NCBI RefSeq assembly: GCF_009914755.1
Contig: NC_060929.1
DNA length: 64,000 nucleotides
From: the human T2T-CHM13v2.0 reference genome, Homo sapiens
Reading direction: 5' to 3' (one strand)
Shown: positions 14,601 through 28,865 of the stretch, in pieces
Layout: each line of letters begins with the position of its first letter
Position numbering within the stretch: the first letter of the stretch is position 1
Translations under genes and position numbers: made by a program
The notes under the pieces: model-generated
Seen by the model: only the letters and a program-made list of their open reading frames with translations
Databases searched by the model: none
Told to the model about the DNA's origin: nothing

Positions 14601-16147
14601 TAGAAAAAGTTACTAAGCCAGTTTTCTCTGTTATATTTCAATCTGGTTCTTTCTAGTCATCCATTGAAAATCAACTTGCATATCAGAGGAAACAGTTATC
14701 TTGTTTAACCTAAGACTGTCATCACATTGGTTATAGGCATTTGTAATGTTTATGATCTTTGTTGAAAGCTATGAAAATTGCCACCCAAATCTTTAAATTT
14801 TAGTAGCTAACAGCAGTGATATACAAAGTTCAACACATTTGACAATATCATTTCTTTAACTATTATAGCTGAGGCCAGGAAGGAAAATTTTGCTTTTGGG
14901 CATCATCCAACATCCTGAGCCTTTTAGCACACTTGGCACAAGGATGTCACAGACATTTCTTCCAACGTACAATTCTCACATGGTAATGATCAGTCATCAT
15001 AAGTATATTGTATTTGACAGTGAACAGGAAGAAACCACTAGTTGATGTCTTTTATATTACACATTACACAATCTCTTTCTACAGCCTGATTTATAGAAGC
15101 AAGATCACTTTGCTAAGTATAACCTTATCAAGACTTCCTGGTTCTGGGTCCCTCACCCCTTAATTCAGACAGATAATACAGTTGTCTGCACTCATTGCCT
15201 ATCCTCCAACCTCATTTCTGGCTAGAAGCAGAAAATACGGTAAGAGTCCCTGCCTCTGAGTCTGAAGCAACTTCTTACCAGTGGTTTTCATATGTGCAAC
15301 GTGGGTGTTTTCTGTGTTTCTGGCTTCAGTTTCTAACCTATTTAGGAATCTATCACAGTCTGCCTTTGCTTCCCATCCAGGTCAGGGGCAGTGTACATTT
15401 TTTTCTGTGTGAGCCAACCTCCGTCCCAAGAAGCTGTATTTGTCCTTGTCCTTTATAGTCTTCAAGCTTTTCAGATCTGCCTACACACCTGACTCACCTT
15501 TTTTGGTCCCAGTTTTCAAAACACAAATACACAAATCAACATAAAATGTAGCCTAACAATGTTTGGATTAAATCCAATTCAATAATAGAAAAAGCTGAGA
15601 TATATTGTAATGGGAAAAAAATGGTGGCTTGGAGTCAGACATACTACCATCTATTAATGTGGATCTACCAAATATCTGAGTTACCGCACTGAGTGCCTTA
15701 TGCACATCACCACAACAGCCCTATCACAGAGGTTTCCATATAGGAACTGGGCCTTTGAGGGCTTATAAACACGCCCAAGATACAGAGCTGCTAAGGGGTG
15801 GTTCTAAAATTGAACTCCAGATCTGTCTTTCTGCCTGGGTGCTCTTTTCACCCTGCAACACTCTCTGTCAACAGTGAATCTTCAGATAAAGTGAATGTTT
15901 TGTTAAATAATGCATTGCCCTGGAATAGTACTTTGAAGTTTATAAAGTCTCATTTGATTTACAGAATAACTCTGTGATGTAAGTGTACTTATCCCTGTTT
16001 TCCGTGAGAGAAAACTAAGGCTTGGTAAGATTCAGTAACTTAAAAAAAATTAAGTAACTTGCATAATATGATACAACTTATTAATGCATTCCAGTATTCA
16101 TAAACTCAAAATGTCATGCATGTATAAGATCAAGAACTCTTAAGAGA

Positions 16148-16460
<313 letters not shown>

Positions 16461-16954
16461 TTAAAAGGGACACACTTGTATTGCTCACCCCACTGATGGT
16501 AGGCACTGTAGGCACTGTTTGTTGCTTTGGCCAGATTTGTTGACAACAGTGATCGCCAAAGGGGAAATGTGTATGACACTTTTTTTAGTCCAGATTTCTG
16601 CTGCATTAGCTTTGGTTTATACAGACCGTCTATGTAATGCTTGCTTTTCTACCTGATTACATAGAGTACATTCCATGTATGAACATATCAAAGTAAAAAT
16701 TATATATCTCCCTCACAGGATTGTTTCATATCAGGCAAAAAAAAAAAAAGTTTCCTCTTTTATGTGCTTTTTTTCACACAGTAATAGTTCTTTGCTCCAG
16801 TCTTTATTCGGATCTTAAAGCTAATATCATGCAATGATGATATATTGATGTACTTTGGTTTCAAATACCTTCCCCCATCACCTCCCACCATGGGGAGCAA
16901 TTTATGCATTTCACTATTTAAATCTTCATTTATACTACTTTTTATTTTCTTCAG

Positions 16955-17040
16955 GTTTTGTGATGAAGGAACCTGTACAGATAAAGCCAATATTCTGTAT
17001 GCCTGGGCGAGAAATGCTCCCCCTACCCGGCTCCCCAAAG
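16955..17040 (+). CDS. PAM: PAM exon ~6 (86 nt): (W)FCDEGTCTDKANILYAWARNAPPTRLPK(G)
   Basis: Acceptor ttttcttcag|G, donor AAG|gtatgt; phase 2 to 1; visible in ORF 16845..17123. Confidence 0.97.
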
Positions 17041-18091
17041 GTATGTCAGAGCCTCTTGGGTGGTCTTATGTTCAGCTGCTTAATTTCTGTTTCCAAAGTA
17101 CTTTTCATTATAGTCCTTTCTAACCAGTGTTGACAGTGTTCTGTATTGCTGCTTCACAGTGAAAGTACTTGCATTACCTCTTTTGTATTGAAAAGGTTTC
17201 ATTTAGGTAGTTACTCTTTTTCTGCCTCTCTTTGGTAAGTAGTTTGCCCACACAACAGTTTAGATAAAATTAGAAAATAACCAAGGATACCTCAAGCCAC
17301 CTTTGACCTAAGGCACATTGGTTCTTGACAGCAGACACATTTCATGAGCCAAGAGAGCTAGGAATTAAATAAACTGCTGTTTCAGCAAAGAATTTTTTAC
17401 AGTCCTGGAACCTAGGTATCTAATGTGATGCCAAGACCTCAGCTGGCTTTCTGACTGCACCTCTAAATTGTACATAGCTTTCAATGTGTGAGTGTACTAC
17501 CAGACTCTCATTTATTACCTGGATATTTCTTAAAGGGTGTGTGTGGGTCTGTTACAGAATAGGTCTGTCGTGGTTCATGGATGATCTCGTGATACACATG
17601 CACCTCTCTTTCCTCCCTTACTCATTGCCAGCATCATTAAATGATGTCTGATTTCTTGCACTTCAAATGAGCCTCAGAATTCTCTCCATATGAGGCAGCT
17701 GCAACCAAACAAGTTTGAAACTAACAGGGAGGTCTGTCATAGATTTGTTGACATACATTGGTAGAGGAGATTTGTTTAAAAAAAAAAAAAAGTATACTTC
17801 TGCCTGTAAATATTTTCTCTCTAGATTTTTTAAAGCTCACTAGCAAGCTTTATTAACAGTAAGACTAATAAGAATATTCAGATTCCAAAAATTCACTGAG
17901 ATAATGGACTTCAGTAATCTAGTTGGTAACTGGTTTCCTCAATGACATTTTTGTAGATACCTCTTTTCACAGCAGAAGAAAAGTAATGCCACTTAAATGC
18001 TCCTAAGAGGTCTATTTCCTATATTCAATCACAAAATAAAATAAATATGAATATATACAAAACAAAATGGGAGAATGGGTTTATGTATGTC

Positions 18092-18270
<179 letters not shown>

Positions 18271-18582
18271 TAAATAATCAATAGAGACAGAATTTTGTTT
18301 TGCTCTGTTTCTTTCAAAATGAGTGAATTGTCCTCTTAAAGTGTAAGTGATTACTCTGGTTCTGAAGTGGGAACTATGAGTAGAATTTCATCATAGTTTT
18401 GAGGAGATTATAATGACAGATTATATTAGAAATTATCAGTCAATGGTATATTTCTGTTTTCATATAATATAATTTTATATGTTATATGTTATTTCCCTTT
18501 GGAGTTCATAGAACAGCAATTTGAGATTAACTCCATTTTAGATGCTCATTTCTAATATATTAACTTTTTTGTAAATCTTTAG

Positions 18583-18666
18583 GTGTTGGATTCAGAGTTG
18601 GAGGAGAGACTGGAAGTAAATACTTTGTACTACAGGTACACTATGGGGATATTAGTGCTTTTAGAG
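18583..18666 (+). CDS. PAM: PAM exon ~7 (84 nt): (G)VGFRVGGETGSKYFVLQVHYGDISAFR(D); third CuH His in LQVHY
   Basis: Acceptor aatctttag|GT, donor GAG|gtaagt; phase 1 to 1. Confidence 0.97.
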
Positions 18667-20579
18667 GTAAGTTTTGAAGTGTTGGAACTAAGCAAAACTT
18701 CTAGTACTATATTGTTTAAAATACATGCACAAACTATTATCTACATCTTAAAAAGAATTGCCCACACCCTCTGCCCACTAGGGGATAACAGCTTTTGTTT
18801 CCTTTAATTTGGAACTGTTGAAGGAATGACTTTTATTTTAGAAGTCATTTCTGTTATGCACCTGTGCATCCTACTGTGTTTTCTTTTATGCTGACTTTAT
18901 AGAGCTCTCTTGCCTTCTAGTGTATTGTTTTATCAGCCTGCTCTTGCTCTTATTAGGAGTGCGGATCATTCCAAGCAACACTGTTGGAAAGCATAGGAAG
19001 GTACTGGTTGTTTATATTTATGTTGCTCTGAGCAAGCCACCGAGAGTCTATAGGTTCTGCAATACCAAAGGGGTTCTCAAACACTCAGGCTCATGTCGAT
19101 TCCTTATCTATCCATACGTGGCACTTCATGAACTCATCCATTGTCCACTGCTGTAAGGCACAGACCCCAGCCACCCTTTAGATAATGCTGAACACTCCCC
19201 TAGACACCTGTTGCTCTACCAGTGATCGCTATGCACTTTATTTAAATGCCCCTTTCCTTACTATAGATCGTTAGCATGAGGAAGGGGCCCTGTTCCCAAG
19301 GCAACCAAGATCAATGCTTGTTACTCCTGCTGCTGCATTTAGTCAAACTCCAACTGCATTCGGGTTCACACTCTTGTGTTCACAGGTGTAAATATTAAGA
19401 TTTCTCCTTGTCTTGTTTGCTTTTCTACTATGTCTTGCTGACTTATATATATTCTCCTGAATTCTCTAATTTGACAGTATATTTCTAAGTAACCTGATAT
19501 GTTTCCCTTTCCAAATACATTAGCTATCTCTCCAGCAACTAAGTTTGGAAGTAGATGTCCATCTCTGCCTATGAAATACCCTTTAGGACCTTTGCTAAGA
19601 GAGCCCCATGGGGTAGAAAGGACCATAGATTGCCAGCATTCAGAACGAGGACAGTAAATGCAGTCTCCCTCTGGAAAAGGGTGTTGAAAGAATGATTTTA
19701 TGTCATTGAAAATGTACTATAATCAAATATATTATCAATTAATATATTTATTAATACACTAATAAATATATATAAATTAATATATATATAAATGGACCAG
19801 CCTATGAACCTAACTTAGAAATAAAATTTATTTTTAGATTAAAAATATGCTTTGAGTTATACACAAATAACTTTTCATTTTTTGGAATAGAACATAATCT
19901 TAAACTGTTAACTCTCTATAGTGCTGAGAGAAGGTTTTGCTGAAAACAAAGAAATAAATAATATTTGTGTTTGGGGAACAAAGACAGAGATTATCTGCTC
20001 TAAAAATTGACCATGCTGGTTTCAGTAGAACAGACAGATTCTGAGACTGCTGACTTCCAAAGTATTGACAAAGCTTTAATTTCCTCAAAAAAGGCAAGCA
20101 GACCTTTCCAGATCACCACAACTAAAGTAGCTCATCATACTGGCGCAGGTTCCCGCAAACCCTAATCTCTACCCTCTATAAAACCCTGTACTTCACTTTT
20201 CAATCTAATTCCCCTCAGCGTTGTAAGGACCCCTAACAGATACTGCATTGATACTCCAGAGAAAACACATGATATATGCTTGTTTTTAAAAATATGTTAC
20301 TGTAATAATTTCTTATAAGGAGTTAATTTTGTTTTATAATTTATGTTTAATCTAGGGATAGTAAAAGTACTGATATTTTAATATGTAAACATATAATTAT
20401 TCTTTGCTGTAAGAGACAGATAAGAAATTTTAACTTTTCAATAGTAGTTTTTTATTTTCTCTTAAAAACAAGTTTTTCTAAAAGATATATGGGGTAGAAA
20501 GATTACTAGTGCTATAATTCATATAACTTATTGTAATATTATTAAAATGTAAGCAAAAATTTCACTCATGTAATTCATT

Positions 20580-21140
20580 CAGTAGATACTATCAGGTCCC
20601 TAAAGCTTTATTTAGAGTAGTAAGTAAAAACATGGGAAAATATCAAATCTCACTAAAACAATGAGATATCGTTTTATATTTATTAATTGGGAAGTGGTGG
20701 ATATTAAATTGTCCAGCATTTGGATGAATCTGATGTGCTTTAGGAGGCTTTATAAATTTAGTATGATGTTTTGGAAAGCATTTTTACCATTTCATGTATG
20801 TTTAATATATAGTATTAAAGTCTTGTTCTAGGCTTTTGTCCTAAAGAAAGATTTTTTTTCTTAAAAATGCTACTCTATCTACCCAGTTATTCATGCACAT
20901 GAAAAACTGGAAAGTTCTCAAATGGCCCTCACTAGGACATTGGTTAAATAAATGGTATAACAACAAAAATAGCCAACAATAAGATCAAATACAGACTATA
21001 TAAAATTCATGTATGCTTACCAGGATTGTCAAGCCCAAGAAAAAAAGGAAATGGTTGATGAATAAGAAAGGTAGGATTGGGTGATTTTTTTTTCCTTTAA
21101 AATGTTATAACATTGCCTTTATAATTACATGTTTAAATTC
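20580..21140 (+). mobile_element. Ancient L1 (L1M/L1ME-like) fragment
   Basis: aaaacaatgagatatcgtttt...ttggaaagca...aaaaactggaaa...ttggttaaataaatggtata resembles an old L1 3' region. Confidence 0.5.
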
Positions 21141-21768
21141 CACAAATAGAAGCATTTTGTTAACTCCTTCAATACCTTCCAGTTAGTGTACTGCACTCCC
21201 ACTCACACCTCATGCCAAAAAAAGAATATGAATCTCTATATGCCTGATTTACTATAGGAATGTATTCTGCTTTCAGCAGCTTCTGTATTGTGATCTCATA
21301 CTTATCTCCAGATGCACCTAGAAGTGGAAAATAATTGTATCATTTTATCTTCTAATTATAAAAAATGCATTAAATATTTATGTTATGTACATATTATATA
21401 TATAAACAAACACACAATTATACACATACATATATAATCACAGCACTGCTTTTGGTGCCATTGTCAGGGAAGATTTTATTTCGTGGTTTTAAAACTATTG
21501 GTGATATTTTAAAGTATATAAATTGTAAATCTGAAGCAGAGTAACACTACTAGGAAATTATTATATTCTACTGAAAAGTGGGGAAATGTTTGGCTTAAGG
21601 GTATGAGCATTTTTCCACACAGGGAATGTTTTAGACAATTGAGAAACTTAGGATCTTTCTTTAATAAAGCACCAGAAATGAAGGCAAAACATCTTCTAAA
21701 AGTTGTGGGAATGTGGTAGAGTATCTGAGAGAGTATAACCTGAAGCCATACCTGGGCATGTTTTAGAT

Positions 21769-21986
21769 CAAGCTTGTCCAAGCTGCAGGCCACAGGACAG
21801 CTTTGAATGCGGCCCAACACAAATTCATAAACTTTCTTAAAACATTATGAGATGTTTTTTGCGATTCTTTTTTTTTTTTTCTTTTAGCTCATCAGCTGTT
21901 ATTAGTGTTAGTGTATTTTATGTGTGGCCCAAGACAATTCTTCTTCCAATGTGGCCCAGGAAAGCCAAAAGATTGGACCATCCCTG
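21769..21986 (-). mobile_element. MER30 (hAT-Charlie) MITE
   Basis: caagcttgtcc...tttgaatgcggcccaacacaaattc...gccaaaagattggacca..cctg; 8-bp TSD ttttagat / ttttagac. Confidence 0.88.
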
Positions 21987-22149
21987 TTTTAGACTGTGAT
22001 CTTCCTTAGTATGAAAAGATTGGCTGTGATTTTAGAGTGAGTTCTATGGGATTACATAAAATGTTTGCTTTACTTTGTTTTTTTGTTTGTTTGTTTGGTG
22101 TTTTGGAAATTACACAGAATGTGAAGCTGTAAAATAATCCTTCAAAAAC

Positions 22150-22690
22150 AATCAATTGTATTAAATGCCATATCAACCATAGTGTCAAGCCTATACTAGT
22201 GCTGGGTATACTAGTCTTCCTGCCTGTAGGAGTTTATTGTATTCTAGTAGGTGAGACAAGCACAAAAGGAGTGTGTTTATAGGCAATAATAATAATGCAT
22301 ACTGGATCTGAAGTCTGCAGAGAGACAGGAGCGTACAAGTATACCTGAAAGTGGAGAGGTATGAAGTCTGGGAAAGGCTTTCCAGAAGTTGGACCCGGAG
22401 CAGGGTATGGAAGGGTGATCAGGAGCTCCCAGGCCAGAGCAGGAGGGAAGACAGGTTCCAGACAAAGGTAAAAGTAGATGCAGAGACACGGGAGTGAAAC
22501 AGCATCTTAGACACAAAGAACTTTGGGTCATCTGACGTTGCTGGAATGTGAAATGCATAGGGAAAAGTGGCAAGAAATTAGAAGAGAGGTCAAAGGTGGG
22601 GAGCAAGCCATAAAGATCCTTGCTAGGACTTGATTCCTAAAGCACTCAGAATGCTCTTCAGTCAAGCTGTAACCTGACTGGATTTTCATT
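22150..22690 (-). mobile_element. L2 fragment
   Basis: tattaaatgcc...gtgctggg...ggagtttattgtattctagtaggtgagaca...ggaaaggcttttccaga-like L2 features. Confidence 0.55.
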
Positions 22691-22919
22691 TCCTAATGCC
22701 GCTCAGTCTTGGGCTTGAGTACATGGAAAAGCTACTAGCCTTATGAAGAAAGTATGGGGCTGTAGGTGGCCAGAGTGAGCTAGGATTGCAGCTTAGGAAG
22801 GCCAGAATGACTTTTTTAAAAATGTATAGACTTTTAAATTTTCTAAAACTTAATATTCCATAGGAAATAGGATGTACTCTAATTAGAAATGAATGTCCCA
22901 CGTAGGTGATAGTATGTAT

Positions 22920-23125
22920 GGTACCAGGTTTGGTGACCAAACTCTAAGTCCAGGCAGACTGGTAATGGCACATCCTAGTTTTGTTACCCTCGCTGAGTTT
23001 CTAAACCTCTCTTTGCTCTCCTCATCTGTAAAATGGTATCATAGTGGTATCATAAAGGTACCATACCTTTATATAAATAAAGGTACCTGGTTAAGTAGTC
23101 AATAAATGTTAGCTATTATCATTAT
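22920..23125 (+). mobile_element. MIR SINE
   Basis: ctctcctcatctgtaaaatgg...cctgg...aagtagtcaataaatgttagctatt. Confidence 0.65.
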
Positions 23126-23806
23126 AGTCCTCATGAAAGGATAAATTTCCCTAAATACAATATTTTGTCTAGTTACACATAATATGAAAAGGACGTGGTT
23201 ACTTTTCAAAGATGTTGTAGTTTCTCATTATTTTTAGACACAGAACTGTTTTGAGTGTGTCACGTTGCCAGTAGAAGTTTCCTAGTTAAGCTGTGTTTCG
23301 TGTTCTCCACAGCAGTTTTTGTTATTCATAGTTCAGCTGTACAAAGATAAACTGCAAGACCAACTTCCTGCCCTTAAGGAAATTAGAATAGTGAGAATTG
23401 GGGATTCCTCCAGGTTTCCCTCTCCCCCTTTTTTTGACCAGTTTTTTCAGCGAAATCTTGTTCCGAAGTGAAAATTCTCCTGAGATTGTTGCTGAATGCT
23501 GCCACATTTCTTCTCGATGTTTTGGCCTAGGGGAATCTTAAGAAAGCTCTCCTCTCATTTTTAGAATTTCTGGCATTAGCTTACTAGTCTCCAACAATAA
23601 CTCATTTCTCAAATTGAAGATCCTGTGAACTCACCTATTGAAGTTGGAACTGATATTCTTAGAATGAAGGTCAGGGTCTCTTCCCAAATGTATTGCCCTG
23701 ATTGTCTTTGGATTGTCAAGACTTCCAAACTATAATCCACTTACTGTCATTAAGCTCTTGGCGCATATGGGAAAACTAGCAGATATTATTAACAACAAAC
23801 AACACA

Positions 23807-23842
<36 letters not shown>
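23807..23842. repeat. (CT)n microsatellite
   Basis: Direct reading. Confidence 0.9.
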
Positions 23843-23843
<1 letters not shown>

Positions 23844-24214
23844 GGCTTGTTTCCATGCCTTTCTCACAGCCCTGTATGTACACCTGCATTTTGTACATTT
23901 AGTATGTTCCTGGAAGTATAGCCAAAAGTTTTGCTTTCCTTAGAGTGGGTGTTTAATATTTACATTCTAAATTAAGTGAATACAGCCTGGAGATCCTATT
24001 TTCAACTCTCCTTTATGTAAGCTCTAAGAAGTTTCATCTCCAAACTTTGGGGATTATATTAGTAAAATCAGATCATAAAGCTCTAGTTAGAACACTCAGA
24101 GGATGATTGTTTTCAATAGCCAAATTTTCCAGAATGCTAAGGTTTTAACCCTTTAAGTACTATAACGTTAAAACATCTTGGATAGAAATCATTTTAGAAT
24201 ATATTATGTGTCTT

Positions 24215-24704
<490 letters not shown>

Positions 24705-26602
24705 TTAAATTAGATGGTACATGTTAAATGCCTACAGCTGTGCCTGACACAGAACAGATTGGCAATGAATGTTAGTTCTCCTTATCCCCTTCTCCCTTTT
24801 CTTCATAACTTTGAGATAGCCTAGTGAATATCAATGATTGTGCTATGATTTCTTTCCAGTTTTTAGGAGTACGTAGAGTTTTTCCATGTAACTGGGCTCA
24901 TTGCCATCTCCTATCTGTTCTTCTGTATTTTCTGTAGCTTCCTTTGTTGTCAAGCTACCATTGCAACTCATTTTAATTCACACAACGCACTACATGGAGG
25001 AAAAGATGAGTAAGAACAAAAGTCTGCCCTCATAGAGTTCCCGTCCAGTGAGCATAAGTACACTTAAAATAATAACCGTAATAATGCGAGCCAGTACAAA
25101 GTTAAGTGCCATGAGAGAGGGGATTGGAAAGCAGGCAAGATCACACCTAGTTTAGATGTTTCAAGTTATCGGATTGATATCATATAGGCACCCTTCTTCC
25201 TGTTCTAAATTTATGTGTTAGATACAGAATCTAGATGAGTTTCATATTATCAGTTAGATATGGAATCTAGATGAGTTTCATATTATCAGTTAGCATAAAT
25301 AGACTTTGGCTTGCAGCCCTTAAGGGAAACTTTTTAAATAAAAACATGATCATCTGGAAAATGGGGATTAAAAAATACAATAAAAACATGGGAACACTGC
25401 AGCCTGGACTTTGTGACCATCAGATTTGATTTTTCCTTGCCCTCTTGCATTATTCCATGCTGGCTGTGATCCACTCGGGTGTGGTTTCTGCAAAGCTTAG
25501 TTCCAGACAGGTGGATATTCCTGAACACAGGGTGTGCATCTGTGTATTCACACAAATACACATGTATCCATACAAAGGGTTCCTACCTAACCACAACTGA
25601 AAGAGTAGTAGAGTGAAGAGCCAGGAATGGTAATCATGGCAGGAGGAAGAAAAAACAGAGGACTCCAGAGGAATTCTGATTCCACTGTGACTCCAGCTGT
25701 ATCTCTGCCTCTTAGAAGACTACTGCCAGGAAGCTATTAGAAAAAGCTTTGAAATTGTGAGCTCAGGAAAAATCCCTTGCTAATGCATTTTGAACAAGAT
25801 GGAGCAGAGATCAGTGGCAAGGTAACTGTGCTTAAAATTATTTCATTCCACTATAAAGCAGGTTGTTCTGACTTCAGTGTAAGCATCTGAGTGCTCCTGA
25901 CTTCCTGACACCTAATTGCAGAGAGAGTGGGAAACTGGATCAGATTGCTCCCTGTTGCTTTCCCTGTTGTCTTCTCTCAATCTGCACAAGTAGCTTCCTC
26001 CTACCTGCTTTCCAGTGAGATACATTAATCCTGCTTTTACTCACTCCGCTGCGAAGTGCACAATACTATGGGCCAGGATATTTAAGCCTATGTATTTTAG
26101 AGTATTTCGGAATACTTTCCATATTTAAGAATCTCCCTTGAAATTGCAAACATGGGAGGGAGGTTATTGTTACTGCTCCTCCAACCTCAGCTGACATAGA
26201 CGTCCAAAAGCAACTGAGTCTCTACAGTGGAAGGGAGACATAAATAGCACCATCTAAGCACTCATCCTAGCCTTCCCTGAATAGGGCCCTGGCGTGTACA
26301 TCAGCCATCAATCTGAATCCCCTTTCCAGAATAGACCATAATGTTAGTTCTTACCATGATCTTTCATTCCAGAGCACATATTGCGTTTCCAAGTTCTCAG
26401 CTCCAGAGACAGCAGCCCTGCTGAAACAAGCCTCACCCCTGGGAGATCCAGAAATGTGTCAGAAATATGGTTCCAGGAAGGATACACTTTTACCTCAGTT
26501 TTCCTTCTTTATTCTCAAGGCTGTGATACTCATGTCATCTACCAACTCTCCTTTTTTCTCTCCCTGACTCCCATTTCCAATTTCTCTGGTATGCTTTGAT
26601 GG

Positions 26603-26910
26603 GGATAGGGACACAAACCTTTATGCAAATGCTTGGGGGCAGATGTGGTCTGGAATTAGGAGCTTTTAATATTTTTGAAAGGTATTCAACTGAATAAATC
26701 ATGTACTCTATCACCTTTGTGAATCTGGGGCACCATCCCTATGTAGATACACTAATGTTTCTATAACAAATGTTTAAATATTCACACAAAAAGGAATAAA
26801 ACATAAATATCATCATATTCATTCAAGTCAGATTTTGCTGCCAAAACTTAATGAGAAAACTTTAGCCTTCCAAAGCTGTTTAGATTTCAGAATTGCAATA
26901 AATTCCAGTA
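26603..26910. mobile_element. MER46C-like (TcMar-Tigger) DNA transposon remnant
   Basis: cttgggggcagatgtgg..ggaatt...tctggggca...aatattcacac...tcagattttgctgccaaa...gatttcagaattgc matches my recollection of the consensus. Confidence 0.65.
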
Positions 26911-27029
26911 TTAGAACAAAGAAATTATTTCTTCATATTTGAGTTTTCAGTTAAAATACTAAAAAGGATTGGAGGACTCTGGATGTATCTGCACATTTTC
27001 CCTTTAAAATAATCTTCTCTTCTGAACTT

Positions 27030-27720
27030 TATTTTTCCTCTTTTGGAAAATATAGAAAATTATTAAAAAGAAAAGTTGAAAATCCCTTGTAATACCCCTA
27101 CTATTGAAAAAAATTGATAAAACCCTCTTCAATCATACCTCCCTTTCTCACCTAATTCCTCCCCACCCCAGCTATTGCTTATGTCTGCCAACTTTTCATT
27201 AGCTTATCTCAGCATTTCTATATGTGGAAGATAAACTAATGTATCAGATATGTGTATATGTACTTTTTTCTTTTTTTTTTGGACAAGAATTAGATCACAT
27301 TTCCCACAGATCTGCATCTGTTGTTGTTGTTGCTTTTCACTTAACAGTGTACCCTGGACATATTTCTAAGGCAGCACATGTAAAGCTCTTCCATGATTTA
27401 TAAAGGCTGCCTAGTATTCTTTTGTGTGGATATACTCTAATGTGTGTATCTTATTGTCTATTAAAGATGCTCTGAGTTTTTTTGCTATTATAAGCAATGT
27501 TAGAAATGTTTTAGGTAACCATGTATTGCTACTGCAGGGCAGATATCTAGAAATGAGATTTTGGGGTCATGGAGTGTCTAAATCCTAACAGGTTCCACCA
27601 AATCGCTCGACAGTTTTTCCAGTTTACAATCCCATATCCTTGGGCAATGAGCAAGTCCCATATCCTTGCCTGCACTAGATGTTTTCACACTTAAAAAATT
27701 TTACTCAGTGTTTACTTAAA
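27030..27720 (-). mobile_element. Ancient L1ME-like fragment
   Basis: gcttttcacttaaca...ggctgcctagtattc..ttgtgtggata...ttttgctattataagcaatg...tatctagaaatgagatt. Confidence 0.6.
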
Positions 27721-27806
27721 CAGACTCCTTATAATGTTTCATTTAAAAGATAAGAATTAACTGAAAGATCTTAATAGAATTACCTCTAAAGTTATATAGT
27801 CTAGAT

Positions 27807-28865
27807 CAGGATTTCTCAAAATCTAATCAGAGGACCGTCTGCACCAGACTGTCCTTGGGGTACTTTTTAAAATGAAAGTTCCTAGTTCAAACTAGGCCTA
27901 CTGAATCAGATGCACAGAAGGTAGAGCATAGGCAGCCAGAGCTGGCTCAGATAGGCTCACAAGAGCCAATTGGTAATTTGCAGTGTTTTTGTAAGCTGAT
28001 TGTTAAATATCGCAATCATTAAAAATAAAGGCAAGAAATACTCAAAAATCTTTATTTCCTAATTATTTTACTAATTTTACTATTATCTGTGCACTTGAGG
28101 GTATTTGCATCTGTTGTATCTGTGTGGTGGAAATACTACAAAGTGTTATTTTACTGCTAATTTCTTCCTAAAGCAGTGATGTCATGTTGGTAGCTTGAAA
28201 TTGGCTGTGGTGGGAAAATTTACATTGAAATCAGCTATGGTGGAAAAATTTACACCATGGAAATTGACAAATAGTGCAAGTCAAAGTTCTGTCTATTATT
28301 TTGCTGGTTGTCTAGACCTGAGAAAATGATGGAGAGGATGTTGGCAATGTGGATTACTGTAAATGCCCCCAAAAATTTAGGACATATTCTTCCAGGATTT
28401 GCAGACTGTTACCCATTACACCAAAGATTTTACTGACATCCTTAATGTGCAAGTTCCAACATAGGTCTTTGTTGTTTCACTAAACAAAATATTATTTCAC
28501 TAAACAAATATTTTTGTTTCACTAAACAAAAATATTAACAAGCATTCTTGTCTGAACTACTTCATGGCAATTACAACCATCAGTGGGCTATAAAAAGTAG
28601 AGCAAAAGTCAAGGAAAGAATTATGTGAGAGTCAACAGCTTATATGGAGTTAATAATGAAAAGTATTGTATATTTTATTATTATTTGTAAATTGCTGCAC
28701 ATTTTTGCCAGTAAAAACTGTAACAAACATATAAACACACCAGTAGTGTGTATTTTTTTCACAGAGCCAATGTATTACTAGAATATCACTGGGCCCAGGA
28801 TTCTGAAATTTTAACAACCTGCCTCATTGATTTTTATGCAAACTAAACTTTGACAACTGGCGCTC
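27807..28865. mobile_element. MER5-like hAT element split by an inserted MER63-like (hAT-Blackjack) element (~27933-28792)
   Basis: Left MER5 half (tttctcaaa...cctactgaatcaga) and right half (gcccaggattctg.aattttaacaa...aactttga) flank gagctggctc...gagccaattg...ttggtagcttgaaattggc...atcactgg. Confidence 0.7.

Noticed and set aside
18583-18807. ORF MLDSELEERLEV... starting exactly at an exon boundary
   Set aside because: It is the wrong reading frame of PAM exon ~7 with a GTG start.
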